Origin: Candidatus Limnocylindria bacterium
GTDB taxonomy: Bacteria > Chloroflexota > Limnocylindria > P2-11E
NCBI GenBank assembly: GCA_036003765.1
Contig: DASYSC010000012.1
Coordinates: forward strand, 4,787 to 68,786
Direction of reading: 5' to 3'
Length of the DNA: 64,000 nt
This document shows, piece after piece, positions 36,586-46,045 of this stretch. The notes under the pieces were generated by a model. It worked only from the letters and a program-made list of their open reading frames with translations, did no database searches and had not been told where the DNA came from. How positions within the stretch are numbered: position 1 is the stretch's first letter; the number at the start of each line of letters is the position of its first letter. Both the position numbers and the translations under genes were made by a program.

Positions 36586-37592
36586 AGCTGCTCGGGCTCG
36601 CCGATGCACGCTGGGTCGAGTTCGTGGAGAGTCGTCCGGAGGCGATGCTCTTCCACCATCCGGCGTGGGCCGGACTCCTCTCCGATTGCTACGGATTCCG
36701 GGCGATGGCGGTCGCCCTCGACGATCGCGGTGGCACGATCACCGCCGGCATGCCGGTGATCGAGGTGGGGCGCCCCTTCGGCCGGCCTCGGTGGGTATCG
36801 CTCCCGTTCACCGATCATTGCCCGCCCCTCGGCGAGCGAACGGCGGATCTGGTACGCGGACTCGCGGAGCTCGAGCGGTTCCGTGCGCTCGCCGGGATCG
36901 AAGTGCGCGCGCCGCTGCCTGGGGAGGCCATCGTCCGACAGAACGCCGCGCACGTGCGGCACGAGCTCGCGCTCACGCCTGGCGCCGACCGGATCTGGAA
37001 CGGGCTCTTCAAGAACCACCGGCGGAACGTCCGCATCGCCGAGCGCGCCGGCGTACGGATCGTCCGCGGTCCGGCATCCGACATCGAGGTCTTCTACCAG
37101 CTCCATCTCCGGACCCGGCGGCGGCTCGGCGTGCCGATCCAGCCGCGCCGCTTCTTCCGCCTCCTGCGGGAGCGCATCCTCGAGCCGGGCCTGGGCTTCG
37201 TGCTCACCGCCTACAGCGGCGAGACGCCGGTCGCGTCTGCCGTCTTCGGGTCGCACAACGGCGCCGTCATCTACAAGTACAGCGCGCGAGACGAGCGCTT
37301 CGCGAAGCTCGACGCGAACTATCTGCTGCTCTGGTCAGCCATTCGCAACGCGTCCGAGAGCGGCTCCCGCACCTTCGATCTGGGTCGCTCCGACCTCGAT
37401 CAGCCGCTGCTACGAGGCTTCAAGGACGGATGGGGCGCCCGCGAAGAGCTGCTCGGCTATTCGTGGGTCGCCCGCGCTCCACAAAGCGCCCGCTCCGGTC
37501 GCCTCGGCGAGGCGCTGCGCCTGGTCATCCGCAACTCGTCGCCGTGGCTGTGCCGCGCTGTAGGAGAGCTCTTCTACAAGTACGCGGGATGA
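36582..37592 (+). CDS. FemAB-like / GNAT (Acetyltransf_6) aminoacyl- or acyl-transferase
   Basis: HHPAWAGLLSDCYGF...LPFTDHCPPL...NHRRNVRIAERAGV...FYQLHLRTRRRLGVPIQPRRFF...A.AVFGSHNGAVIYKY.A.DERF..L.ANYLLLW.AI matches the FemAB-related proteins found in exopolysaccharide loci. GTGA overlap with the ATP-grasp gene. Confidence 0.7.
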   Translation: MKLLGLADARWVEFVESRPEAMLFHHPAWAGLLSDCYGFRAMAVALDDRGGTITAGMPVIEVGRPFGRPRWVSLPFTDHCPPLGERTADLVRGLAELERFRALAGIEVRAPLPGEAIVRQNAAHVRHELALTPGADRIWNGLFKNHRRNVRIAERAGVRIVRGPASDIEVFYQLHLRTRRRLGVPIQPRRFFRLLRERILEPGLGFVLTAYSGETPVASAVFGSHNGAVIYKYSARDERFAKLDANYLLLWSAIRNASESGSRTFDLGRSDLDQPLLRGFKDGWGAREELLGYSWVARAPQSARSGRLGEALRLVIRNSSPWLCRAVGELFYKYAG

Positions 37593-39148
37593 CCGGTGTC
37601 ATAGAGGAATACCCGCACCGCGCCGAGTGAAGAAGGCACCGCGACCACGCCCACCAGACGGTAGCTCGCGTCGAGCCACGTCCTGGCCGCCCCCGCCCGA
37701 GCCTTGACGTCGGGCGCGTCCCCCTCGAGGAGCGAGTCGACCAGGAAGATCCGTGGGTGCGCCGCGCTGTACGCCGCGACCGCGGCCATATCGAGCGGGA
37801 TCGCCCCGCCGTCGGTCCAGGACCACGGCGCGGGCGTCGTTGCCGCGAGCTCGCTCGGCAGAGAGCCCAGGCGCGCGTAATACGCCATCGCCAGCGATGA
37901 CGACCACGACGTGACGACGAGGCCATCACCCGGCCGGTAGCGCTCGGCGATCCAGGCCGCTGCGGTCCGGAAGTCCTGGTCCGGCTGCGACGAGTACACC
38001 GGCGTGGCGAACGCCGCGCCGACAATGAGCGCGACCGCCAGCCCACACCGGAGCAGTGGGCGGCGCAGCGCCGCCACTCCGACTCCCGCCAGCAGGCACA
38101 GCGCGGGCACGACGACGACCAGATAGCCCCAGGCGAAGAGATGCAGGTTCAGGGTGCGCTGCGTCGCGGCATAGCTCAGCACGACCGGCACGATCAACCA
38201 GGTCACGAGCACGCCCGTGGCAGGCAACCGAAGTCCGCCGACCTGTTGGTGGCGCCTCGCGGTGAGCAGGACCGCGGTCGCCACCGCGCCGCCGAAGATG
38301 ATGGCGAACACGATGTCGTGGCCGGCGACGTTCCAGATGAGGCGGGCGACCTCGACCGGGCTGGCGGGCCCGATCTGCGGGTTCGTCGGACCGTGACGCA
38401 TCGTGTAGGCGAGCAGCGGCAGCGCAGCGAGAGCTATCGCCCCGAAGCTCGCCAGCGTCGCGCGCAGCGCGCGCCGCGCCCCGTCGCGCCAATCGCTCCG
38501 CAGCACGAGCAGACCCGCGACCGCCGCGCCCTGCGCGGCGACGACGAGCGCGCTGAAGAGGTGCGCGTAGAGGGCGAGTGTCATCGCCAGCACGAACGCC
38601 GACCACCAGCGCCACGCGTGGCGATCGGACCGTATCGCGGCGAGCAGCGCATACCAGCCGACGCACACCAGCAGGACCTCGAGGCTGTACGAACGCGCTT
38701 CGCGGGCCACGAGCAGCTGCAGCTCGTTGAGCATGAGGAGCGTCGCTCCGATGACCCCGACCGTCCGCCCCCACCACCGCAGACCGAACGCGTAGACGGT
38801 GGCGACCGCGAGCACTCCGAAGACCACGGAGGGGATCCGCACGATGGCCTCGTCGGGTGCGAGGCCGACGAAGCCGGTGAGCCCGAGCCAGGCGCGCAGG
38901 AGCACGTGGTAGAGCGCCATGTTCGTTTCGTGGGTCGAGATGTAGTGCCAGAAGAGCGGCGACGGAGTCGCGACGAGCTCCAGGGAGAAGACCTCATCAC
39001 CCCACAGGCTCGTGCCCGGGAGCTTGAGCAGGTTCAGCCCGAGCGCGGCGAGCGCGAGGCCGAGGGCGACCAGCTGGTCGAGGGGCGCGCCAGTCCGGAG
39101 CCCGCGCAGGGTCGCGAGGTGTGGCCGCTGGGTCGCTGCCGCCCACAT
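37574..39148 (-). CDS. ArnT/PMT-like (GT39/GT83-type) polytopic glycosyltransferase
   Basis: 524 aa with more than 10 hydrophobic segments. The first loop carries SLWGDEVFSLE (DE-type motif of lipid-linked-sugar GT-C enzymes). C-terminal soluble region. Confidence 0.65.
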   Translation of the reverse strand: MWAAATQRPHLATLRGLRTGAPLDQLVALGLALAALGLNLLKLPGTSLWGDEVFSLELVATPSPLFWHYISTHETNMALYHVLLRAWLGLTGFVGLAPDEAIVRIPSVVFGVLAVATVYAFGLRWWGRTVGVIGATLLMLNELQLLVAREARSYSLEVLLVCVGWYALLAAIRSDRHAWRWWSAFVLAMTLALYAHLFSALVVAAQGAAVAGLLVLRSDWRDGARRALRATLASFGAIALAALPLLAYTMRHGPTNPQIGPASPVEVARLIWNVAGHDIVFAIIFGGAVATAVLLTARRHQQVGGLRLPATGVLVTWLIVPVVLSYAATQRTLNLHLFAWGYLVVVVPALCLLAGVGVAALRRPLLRCGLAVALIVGAAFATPVYSSQPDQDFRTAAAWIAERYRPGDGLVVTSWSSSLAMAYYARLGSLPSELAATTPAPWSWTDGGAIPLDMAAVAAYSAAHPRIFLVDSLLEGDAPDVKARAGAARTWLDASYRLVGVVAVPSSLGAVRVFLYDTGHPAYL

Positions 39149-39284
39149 CGTCTCGCGAGGCTGCGCCCGGCGCCTTGAAGCGGTGTGGATGGGCCTGTTG
39201 AGGCGCCCCCCAGAGCGAGCGGCCGACCAGCCGCCCTCAAGGAGACGCGGTACCGGCCCTCAACGCCGGTGCGCCTCGATAGGC

Positions 39285-40586
39285 ATGGGCGTGCGGATCT
39301 TCTTCATCGCTCCTGACTTCGTCTGGCCGTCCGTGCGCGGCGGCCACGTGCGGGTGCTCTCGCAGCTGCGCGTCTTGACGTCCCTTCCCGAGGTCGAGTA
39401 CGTGCGGGTCTTCTGGCTGCGCGAGGAACCGGTCACGCCGGAGCAGCGTGACGGGCTTAGCCGTGCGATGCCGAAGCTCGACGTGCGCGAGCCTGTCTTC
39501 CACCCGATCCACCTGGCACGGCACCCCCGCTACGTGCCGCGCGTTGCCTGGCTCCGGATCGCGCACGGCGTCCCCTACGTCGCCGGAAAGTGGGAATCAC
39601 CTACCGTCCGCCGAGCGCTCGAAGCGGAGCTGCGCGAAGGGCGCTTCGACGCCGTCTGGCTCGGCGCGCTCGGGACCGCGCGCTACCTCCCGCTGGTCCG
39701 GCTCCTCGTTCCGCGCGCACGCGTCGTCCTCGACGAGCACAACGTCGAGAGCGACATCTGGGAACAGTTCGCACGGCGCCAGCGTGGCGTGCGGCGCGCG
39801 GTCGCCGAGACCGAGTGGCGCGCCACACGACGCTTCGAGCGCGAGGTCCTCCGCGAGGTCGACGCTGTCGGCGCGATCTCGGCAGAGGACGCGCGGGCAT
39901 ATCGCGATCTCGCCGGCGTCGAGGCGCATTACGTCCCGCAGGTCGTGCCTTTCGTAGCACGAGCGCCCGCGGCATCCACCGGACGGCAGATCTGCTTCGT
40001 CGGAACGCTCAACTGGCATCCCAACGAGCTCGGCCTGAACTGGTTCTGCGAAGCCGTGTGGCCGCTGGTCCGCGCGCGTCTCCCGGACGCGACGTTCGAG
40101 ATCGCCGGCTCAGGTCTACCGATCGACGGCGCCGGAAGTCCGCTGGCGCCCGCGGCGTGGCGCGCTCCGGGCGTGACGACGCTCGGATTCCTCCCCGACC
40201 TCAGGCCGCTGTACGAGCGGGCCGCGGTGATGGTCGCGCCCATTCTCGGCGGATCGGGCGTCCGCATGAAGCTCCTCGAGGCCTTCCAGAGCGGCGTCCC
40301 GGTGGTGACGACGCCGGAAGGTGCGCGTGGGCTCGCGATCGCGCCTGGTCGAGAGGCCTTTGTCGAAGGCGATCCCGACGCCTTTGCCGCGCGCGTGGTC
40401 GAGGTCGCAACGTCCGCGACCTTGCAGCAACGGATGCGCGAAGCCGGCTACGCCTACCTCGTCCGGCATCACGGGCTCGCGCCGGCTCAGCGCGTCGTGC
40501 GAGTGCTGCTGGGCCTAGCCGCGTCGTATCGGCCGGCGATGCCGCCGGTCGTGGCTCAGGGGAGTCCGGCGAGGTGGCTCTTGTAG
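39285..40586 (+). CDS. family 4 glycosyltransferase
   Basis: ATG 39285 (MGVRIFFIAPDFVWPSVRGGHVRVLSQL). C-terminal GT4 block (FEIAGSG...AAVMVAPILGGSGVRMKLLEAFQSGVPVVTTPEGARGL). The track ORF from 39012 is an upstream extension. Confidence 0.8.
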   Translation: MGVRIFFIAPDFVWPSVRGGHVRVLSQLRVLTSLPEVEYVRVFWLREEPVTPEQRDGLSRAMPKLDVREPVFHPIHLARHPRYVPRVAWLRIAHGVPYVAGKWESPTVRRALEAELREGRFDAVWLGALGTARYLPLVRLLVPRARVVLDEHNVESDIWEQFARRQRGVRRAVAETEWRATRRFEREVLREVDAVGAISAEDARAYRDLAGVEAHYVPQVVPFVARAPAASTGRQICFVGTLNWHPNELGLNWFCEAVWPLVRARLPDATFEIAGSGLPIDGAGSPLAPAAWRAPGVTTLGFLPDLRPLYERAAVMVAPILGGSGVRMKLLEAFQSGVPVVTTPEGARGLAIAPGREAFVEGDPDAFAARVVEVATSATLQQRMREAGYAYLVRHHGLAPAQRVVRVLLGLAASYRPAMPPVVAQGSPARWLL

Positions 40587-43500
40587 AACTGCCCGCTGGT
40601 GCTGGGCGTGCCCGAGTAATCGAGGATGAGCGAGTGATTGGTGCACCCGGCTCCCCAGGTGTTCCACGTCCACGGCACGTAGCTCGCGCCGTGGCTGTCG
40701 AGCCAGTTGAAGAGGGCGCCCCACCAGCTCGTGTTGCAGCTATTCGAGTTGGTCTCCGTCACGATCAGCGGGACGGACGCGGCGACCGGTCCGCCCTGGT
40801 TGTTGTAGCAGGTGACGTCCATGCAGCCGTTGAAGTCGTAGATGTGCCACGCGGCGACGATGCCGTTCTGCGGGTCGCTCGGCTTGAAGCTGAGCCACTG
40901 GCTGATGTCATTGCTCCAGTCCAGTCCGCCGAGGGCGATCACGTTCGTCGCACCGGTGGAGCGCACCGCGTTCACAAGGGTCTGCATACCCGCCACCTGA
41001 TATCCCGTGCCGCACGATCCGCCGTCGCGCCAGCAGCCCCAGCTGATCCCGAAGGGCTCATTGAAGAGCTCGAAGATCACGGCGTTGTTGCCTTTGAATG
41101 TGTTCGCGACCTGGGTCCAGAACGCGGGCGAGTGATCCATGTCGGCCATGGGCGGCTGTGAGTCGGCAACCTTGGTGCCGGCCGCGGCCCAGTGCAGATC
41201 GAGGATCGCGTACAGGCCCTTCTGGTTCAGCAGCGCGACGTAGTTCTTGATGGCCTGCTGGTAGTTCGCGCCGGCGTACGCGCCGTTGATCCCGTTGATT
41301 CCAAGCCAGCAGTCCTCGTTCATCGGGATGCGCACCGCGTTGACGCGCCAGCTCTTGATCGCGTCGACCGCCGCGGCATCGACGACCCCGTCGAAGATGC
41401 CCCAACCCTGCTGGCATGCGTATTCCGTCCCGGAGTGGTTCACGCCGTGGATGATCACGGTCTGGTTGGACGCGTTCAGCAGCTTGTTCCCCTGCACGTG
41501 CAACGGCGAGACGCCGCTCGGCGGCGCCGGCGTGGCCGTAGGCACCGGTGTCGGGGCCGGCGTCGGCGCGGGCGTTGCGGTCGGGACGGGCGTCGGTGCG
41601 GGAGAGGCGGTCGGCCCGGCGGCTCCCGCCGGGCGGAGCATGAGGCTGTAGGCGCTCCAGCTCGGCGCCGCCGAGGTATCGCTGACACTCGGCGCGACGG
41701 TGCCCGCCGGAGAGACGACCCGCGTGGAGGTGCGAATGAAGGAATTACCACCCATGACGCTGCGCGCCGTGTAGCCGGTCGGCGTGCCGATCGTGTCCGC
41801 GTCGTTGTTCTCCGTGCTGACGACGAGGCTCCAGGCCTTGTCGGTCACGCTCCGGACCGCCGGCCAGCTGACGTTCGCGACGCCGCCCAGCACCACCGCT
41901 GGCGCCGCATCGAACGGGCTGGTCGTGCTGATGCCGGAGAAGGCGTCGATGACTCCGGACCAGGTGCTGTCGGCGGAGCCACTCCACGTGTAGCTCGCTG
42001 GCTCGTTCGACGCGATCCTGTACCAGATGCCCTGATTGAATGAGGGCCCCGGCAATAGCGCCACCGTCCAACCGGCCGGTGCCGTGAGCGCGCCGGGCCA
42101 GTCGGTAACCGTCGCCACGAGCAGGTCGCCGTTCTGCACACCCGCGGGCTTGCTCAGGTTAAGGCTCAGACCGCTCGCGGCCGAGTTGCTGCTACCCGCC
42201 CGGTAGGCGATCCCAGCCGGCGCGGGCGCGGGGGTCGGCGTCGGATTGACGGTCGGCACCGGCGTCGGCGCGGGCGTCGGAATCGGTGTTGGTGCGGGTG
42301 TCGGGGCGGGCGTGGGGACCGGAGCCGTGACCGCGAATGTCGCGGCCGGGTCGTTCTTCGCGTAGAGCGTCGCCCAGCCCGGCGAGTAGACGGCGACCAC
42401 GACCTTGTACGTCCCCGTCACGGCGATCAGCGGCGGCGCCCAGGTCGTCGTGTAAGCCAGCGTCTGCCCCACGGCGAATGTCTGGTTCTGGTAATAGACC
42501 TGGTACGAGCTCGTCGACGCACCGGGGGCGTAGACCTCCACGTCGACGATCCCAGTGAACGCCGTGGCGCTCGTGACCGACGAGCTGATCGTCACGGTTC
42601 CACCGGCAGGAACGCTCGCCGGAACGACCGCTGACGTCGACGTAAAGCTCGGGGCGGGCGTTGGAACCGGCGTGGCGGTCGGGGTGGGTGTCGCGACCGG
42701 CGTGGGCTGAGACGTCACACTCGGCGCGGGCGTGGCGGTCGGCGCGCTCGTCGGAGGAACGGGCGTCGGGGTCGGCGCGCTGCTCGGGGGCGGCGCGGGC
42801 GTCGGCGCCGGCGTGACGATCGGCGCCGCGCTCGTGACGGCGAACGTCGCCGACGACGCGGTCGCGGCGTAGAGGAACTGCCAGCCGTTCGAGTACGCGG
42901 CGACCCCGACCGCGTAGGTGCCCGTCGGGCTGCCGACCGGCACGGGCCAGGTCACGGCGTAGGAGCGTTGCTCCCCGGCCGCGAAGCTCTCGCTGTGGAA
43001 CCACTTCTGGAAGACGAGCGCTCGTCCGCCGGGCGAGTACACGAGGACCCCGAGGACGTCCCCGCTCGTCGCGGTCGCGCTCATGAACGTAGCGGTGATC
43101 TGGACCGATCCCCCCTGGGCGATCGTCGCGACATTGGTGAAGGCGCCGAGCGCGAACGTGGGCGAAGCCTTCACGACCGGCGCGTCGCTCGGCAGGCCTC
43201 CCGTGGCGCCGACGCTGATCAACGCGACGACTCCGTCGTCGTCGAGCCACGTTACCCCGTCCGCGACCAGGCGAAGGCGGAGCGGATAGACCCCGGACGC
43301 GAACGGTGCCTTCACGCGGAACGTGAATGTCGCGATGCCGCCCGGGCCGACGCTCGGCTCCGCCTGGATTGCGACGCGATCGACCGATGGCCACCCCGCC
43401 GCCAGGCCCAAGAGCGTCTTGTCGTCGCCCACGACGCCGAGGTTCACCTGCTGTCCGGGTACTCCGCGCGCCCACGTTCGCGCGCCGGTATTGCGGAACC

Positions 43501-44098
43501 GCACAGTGAGCGGCGCGCTCGTCTCGCCGGGGCCCAGGCTCGGATGCAGCGCCTGGTCGACGAGCTGGCTATGGAAACCGAGATCGCTCGTGAGCTGGAA
43601 GCTGACGCGGTCGTCCTCGAGCCATGCGAGCCCGTCGACGACCAGACGCAGCGGAACGCGATAGACGCCGGGGCTGCTCGGTGCGCGCACGCTGAAGGTG
43701 AAGGTCCCGATCATCCCCGGGAGCACGATCTGCTCCGTGGTGGTGGCGACGCGAGCTGGCGAGAGCCAGTTGACGGCCATTCCCGCGTCGGCGAACTGCG
43801 TCGAGTCACCGACGACCGCGAGGCTGACTTGCGACGCGCCGCCGCGCTGCCACGCGGCGAGGCCGGTATTCCGGTAGCGCACCGAGTACGTCGTGACCGT
43901 GCCCGGCGCGAGGTTCGGCGATGCGCCCTGATCCACGAACGAGCTGTGGAACGCGAACCCGATGGCCGTGTTCGGCGCGCTCGACGAGACGAAGACGAGT
44001 CCGACCGTCGCGAGCACGCCGATGCACATCACGAGAAGGATCCGCGTGAACGCGATGCGCAGGCCCCGCGGCGTGATGACGTCGCTCGCGTACATCAC
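40556..44098 (-). CDS. membrane-anchored/secreted multidomain GH5 glycoside hydrolase (cellulase family) with duplicated beta-sandwich modules and Pro/Thr linkers
   Basis: N-terminal TM anchor. Two modules of about 110 aa (HS..VDQ...P.L.PG.T....V.(Y/F)RNTG...W.RG...QV.L.VVGD...RVPLRLV.DG..WL.DD), two further repeated modules, PT linkers, an unknown beta-rich domain. C-terminal GH5 domain (IHGVNHSGTEY, AVIFELFNEP, LIVTETNS). Confidence 0.8.
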   Translation of the reverse strand: MMYASDVITPRGLRIAFTRILLVMCIGVLATVGLVFVSSSAPNTAIGFAFHSSFVDQGASPNLAPGTVTTYSVRYRNTGLAAWQRGGASQVSLAVVGDSTQFADAGMAVNWLSPARVATTTEQIVLPGMIGTFTFSVRAPSSPGVYRVPLRLVVDGLAWLEDDRVSFQLTSDLGFHSQLVDQALHPSLGPGETSAPLTVRFRNTGARTWARGVPGQQVNLGVVGDDKTLLGLAAGWPSVDRVAIQAEPSVGPGGIATFTFRVKAPFASGVYPLRLRLVADGVTWLDDDGVVALISVGATGGLPSDAPVVKASPTFALGAFTNVATIAQGGSVQITATFMSATATSGDVLGVLVYSPGGRALVFQKWFHSESFAAGEQRSYAVTWPVPVGSPTGTYAVGVAAYSNGWQFLYAATASSATFAVTSAAPIVTPAPTPAPPPSSAPTPTPVPPTSAPTATPAPSVTSQPTPVATPTPTATPVPTPAPSFTSTSAVVPASVPAGGTVTISSSVTSATAFTGIVDVEVYAPGASTSSYQVYYQNQTFAVGQTLAYTTTWAPPLIAVTGTYKVVVAVYSPGWATLYAKNDPAATFAVTAPVPTPAPTPAPTPIPTPAPTPVPTVNPTPTPAPAPAGIAYRAGSSNSAASGLSLNLSKPAGVQNGDLLVATVTDWPGALTAPAGWTVALLPGPSFNQGIWYRIASNEPASYTWSGSADSTWSGVIDAFSGISTTSPFDAAPAVVLGGVANVSWPAVRSVTDKAWSLVVSTENNDADTIGTPTGYTARSVMGGNSFIRTSTRVVSPAGTVAPSVSDTSAAPSWSAYSLMLRPAGAAGPTASPAPTPVPTATPAPTPAPTPVPTATPAPPSGVSPLHVQGNKLLNASNQTVIIHGVNHSGTEYACQQGWGIFDGVVDAAAVDAIKSWRVNAVRIPMNEDCWLGINGINGAYAGANYQQAIKNYVALLNQKGLYAILDLHWAAAGTKVADSQPPMADMDHSPAFWTQVANTFKGNNAVIFELFNEPFGISWGCWRDGGSCGTGYQVAGMQTLVNAVRSTGATNVIALGGLDWSNDISQWLSFKPSDPQNGIVAAWHIYDFNGCMDVTCYNNQGGPVAASVPLIVTETNSNSCNTSWWGALFNWLDSHGASYVPWTWNTWGAGCTNHSLILDYSGTPSTSGQFYKSHLAGLP

Positions 44099-44765
44099 GC
44101 TGAGGAATAGGCCTTAGCCGGGTTGTGTAGAAGGGGGAAGCTGGTTTAGTCAGCCGTACTGGCTAGTCCACCGATCGGGCCATGACCTTGCGCGCGTTAC
44201 GGCCGCGCCTGGTCGGCTGTGCTCGTGTCGCGCGAGAACGGTTCAGTCGATACCGAATGCATCCCGCAAGCGCGAGATGCGTCCGCGTCATCCGGAGGAC
44301 CTCCGCTCCTTCTCTATATGAGGGCTCTTGCCGGACCACAGGTCCACCCGCACGAGATCCGCTTGCGTCCTCGAGGTTCGTCGCAGCCGACGCGACCTCG
44401 CATCGTTGGTGACCACCACCCGGCGCTTAGCACCGCGGGAAGCGCGCTCGCGTGCGTCAACTTTCGCGACGCGGTCGGGAAATCGGCTTGCCCGACGAGA
44501 TCGCTTTTCTGGATCCTCTGGACCCGCGTCCGCGGCCGTGGCTCCCGGTGCGGCGGCCGCGACCCACTCTGCGATCGCCGTGCCGCCGCCCACCGTTACC
44601 TGGCCGTTCTGGGGCGAAGCGCGGCGCTGCGCGATGGCACTAGGGCGGTCCAGGCGAGGGAACGCTACCGCCAGGCCTCGGACCGTCCAGGGCTCCGACC
44701 GATCGAGCGGATTACAGACCGGATTGCGACGACAACGTCCTACTCAGTGTCGCGTTGAGAGCGTA

Positions 44766-45302
44766 GTGTTCCGATCCACGTTCAAGCGAGGAAGCACCCC
44801 CAGTGGCGAAGCCCGTCAGCCGTTGTTCGCGCCGCCTCCGCGGCACGAGCAGGCAGAGGCGCCCCAGCCACCGCGGGTCGAGGAACCGGAGGCAAGAAGG
44901 GATATGCAGCAACAGCGGGAGGCGTACATGACTGGCAGCGAGCTCAACGCGTCGCTGGGGCGCGGGTCTGAGTTCGAGGGAAAACTCGCCTTTGAGGGGA
45001 AGGTCCGGATCGACGGCAACTTCACCGGTGAGATCTCGACGAACGACACCCTGCACATCGGCGAGGGCGCCAAGGTCTCGGCCGAGATCAGCTGCGGCAC
45101 CGTGATCGTCGAAGGCGAGGTCGTCGGGAACATCAAGGCGACGGGTGCGGTCGAGCTTCACCGGCCGGCGAAGGTCCGTGGCGACATCACCACTCCCTCT
45201 CTCATGGTGGAGAAAGGCGTCATCTTCGAAGGTCGCTCGAAAATGGAAAACCTCGAAGCATCGAACGTCGTGAACCTGCGGGCTGCGTCCGAAGAAGACT
45301 AA
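44766..45302 (+). CDS. bactofilin (DUF583) cytoskeletal protein
   Basis: Core FEGKLAFEGKVRIDGNFTGEISTNDTLHIGEGAKVSAEISCGTVIVEGEVVGNIKATGAVELHRPAKVRGDITTPSLMVEKGVIFEG. Start uncertain: GTG 44766 gives MFRSTFKRGS plus a Pro/Glu-rich tail. ATG 44904 and ATG 44928 are alternatives. Confidence 0.8.
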   Translation: MFRSTFKRGSTPSGEARQPLFAPPPRHEQAEAPQPPRVEEPEARRDMQQQREAYMTGSELNASLGRGSEFEGKLAFEGKVRIDGNFTGEISTNDTLHIGEGAKVSAEISCGTVIVEGEVVGNIKATGAVELHRPAKVRGDITTPSLMVEKGVIFEGRSKMENLEASNVVNLRAASEED

Positions 45303-45328
45303 GCGCACCCCGCCTCAGGAGCTAAGAC

Positions 45329-46045
45329 GTGCAGGGCGTTCTCGCGCTAGAGCGTGTCACCATCCGCGAGGCGGACTTCAGTCGTGCCGCGTTCGAGCGC
45401 TTCGCGCCGAACGGTTGCACGTTCGAGCGGTGCGACTTCCGCGGCGAATCGTTCGATGAGCGTTTGCAGACGCTGTTCGCGAGCCGGCGGCAGAGCGTGT
45501 TCCGTGAATGCCGCTTCGACGGCGCCGATCTGCGCGGCGTCCGTCCTGGGCAAGCGCGCTTCGAACGCTGCAGCTTCGCCGGCGCGAACATCGACGGCTG
45601 GATCTCGGCGTGCGCCGAGTTCGTGGAGTGCCGCTTCACGGGTACGTTCCGCAACATCTCGTTCCATGGCAAGCCCTGGGGCCACGCCGCCGAGCGCATC
45701 GACCCGATCCGGGCGACGAATGCGTTCACGGGCAACGACTTCACCGAGGCATCGCTCTTGAGCGTGCTGTTCGTGAATGGCATCGACGTTCAGGGACAGC
45801 ACTGGCCCGACGGCGACAGCTACGTGGTGATCGACCGCATCCATCAGCGGCTCACCCGGGCACGGGCGCGAGTCCTCGAATGGAAGGATTACGAGTCGCG
45901 GAACGAGGCTCTCGCCATGCTGCAACAGATCGCGTTCGTGTTCATCCACCAGAGCGGAATCGCGACGCCACGCGCGGACGACCGCTGGCCGGCCACCTTG
46001 GAGACGCAGCGCAAGGTCTGGCAGACGCTCGAAGCCGCGATGTAG
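45329..46045 (+). CDS. pentapeptide-repeat-like protein
   Basis: Recurrent five-residue periodicity around F/L/C (ADFSRAAFERFAPNGCTFERCDFRGESF...CRFDGADLRGVRPGQARFERCSFAGANIDG...AEFVECRFTGTFRNISF). GTG start 27 nt after the bactofilin stop. Confidence 0.65.
   Translation: MQGVLALERVTIREADFSRAAFERFAPNGCTFERCDFRGESFDERLQTLFASRRQSVFRECRFDGADLRGVRPGQARFERCSFAGANIDGWISACAEFVECRFTGTFRNISFHGKPWGHAAERIDPIRATNAFTGNDFTEASLLSVLFVNGIDVQGQHWPDGDSYVVIDRIHQRLTRARARVLEWKDYESRNEALAMLQQIAFVFIHQSGIATPRADDRWPATLETQRKVWQTLEAAM

Noticed and set aside
15587-44100. Genomic island integrated at tRNA-Val
   Set aside because: No integrase, no recombinase, and no direct repeat of the tRNA 3' end seen by eye. The composition looks the same as the flanks. 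A compositional or comparative test would still be needed.
44288-44593. 101-aa minus-strand ORF in the GH5/bactofilin intergenic region
   Set aside because: Arg-rich with no SD and no motif. It overlaps an equally unconvincing plus-strand ORF and is treated as non-coding.
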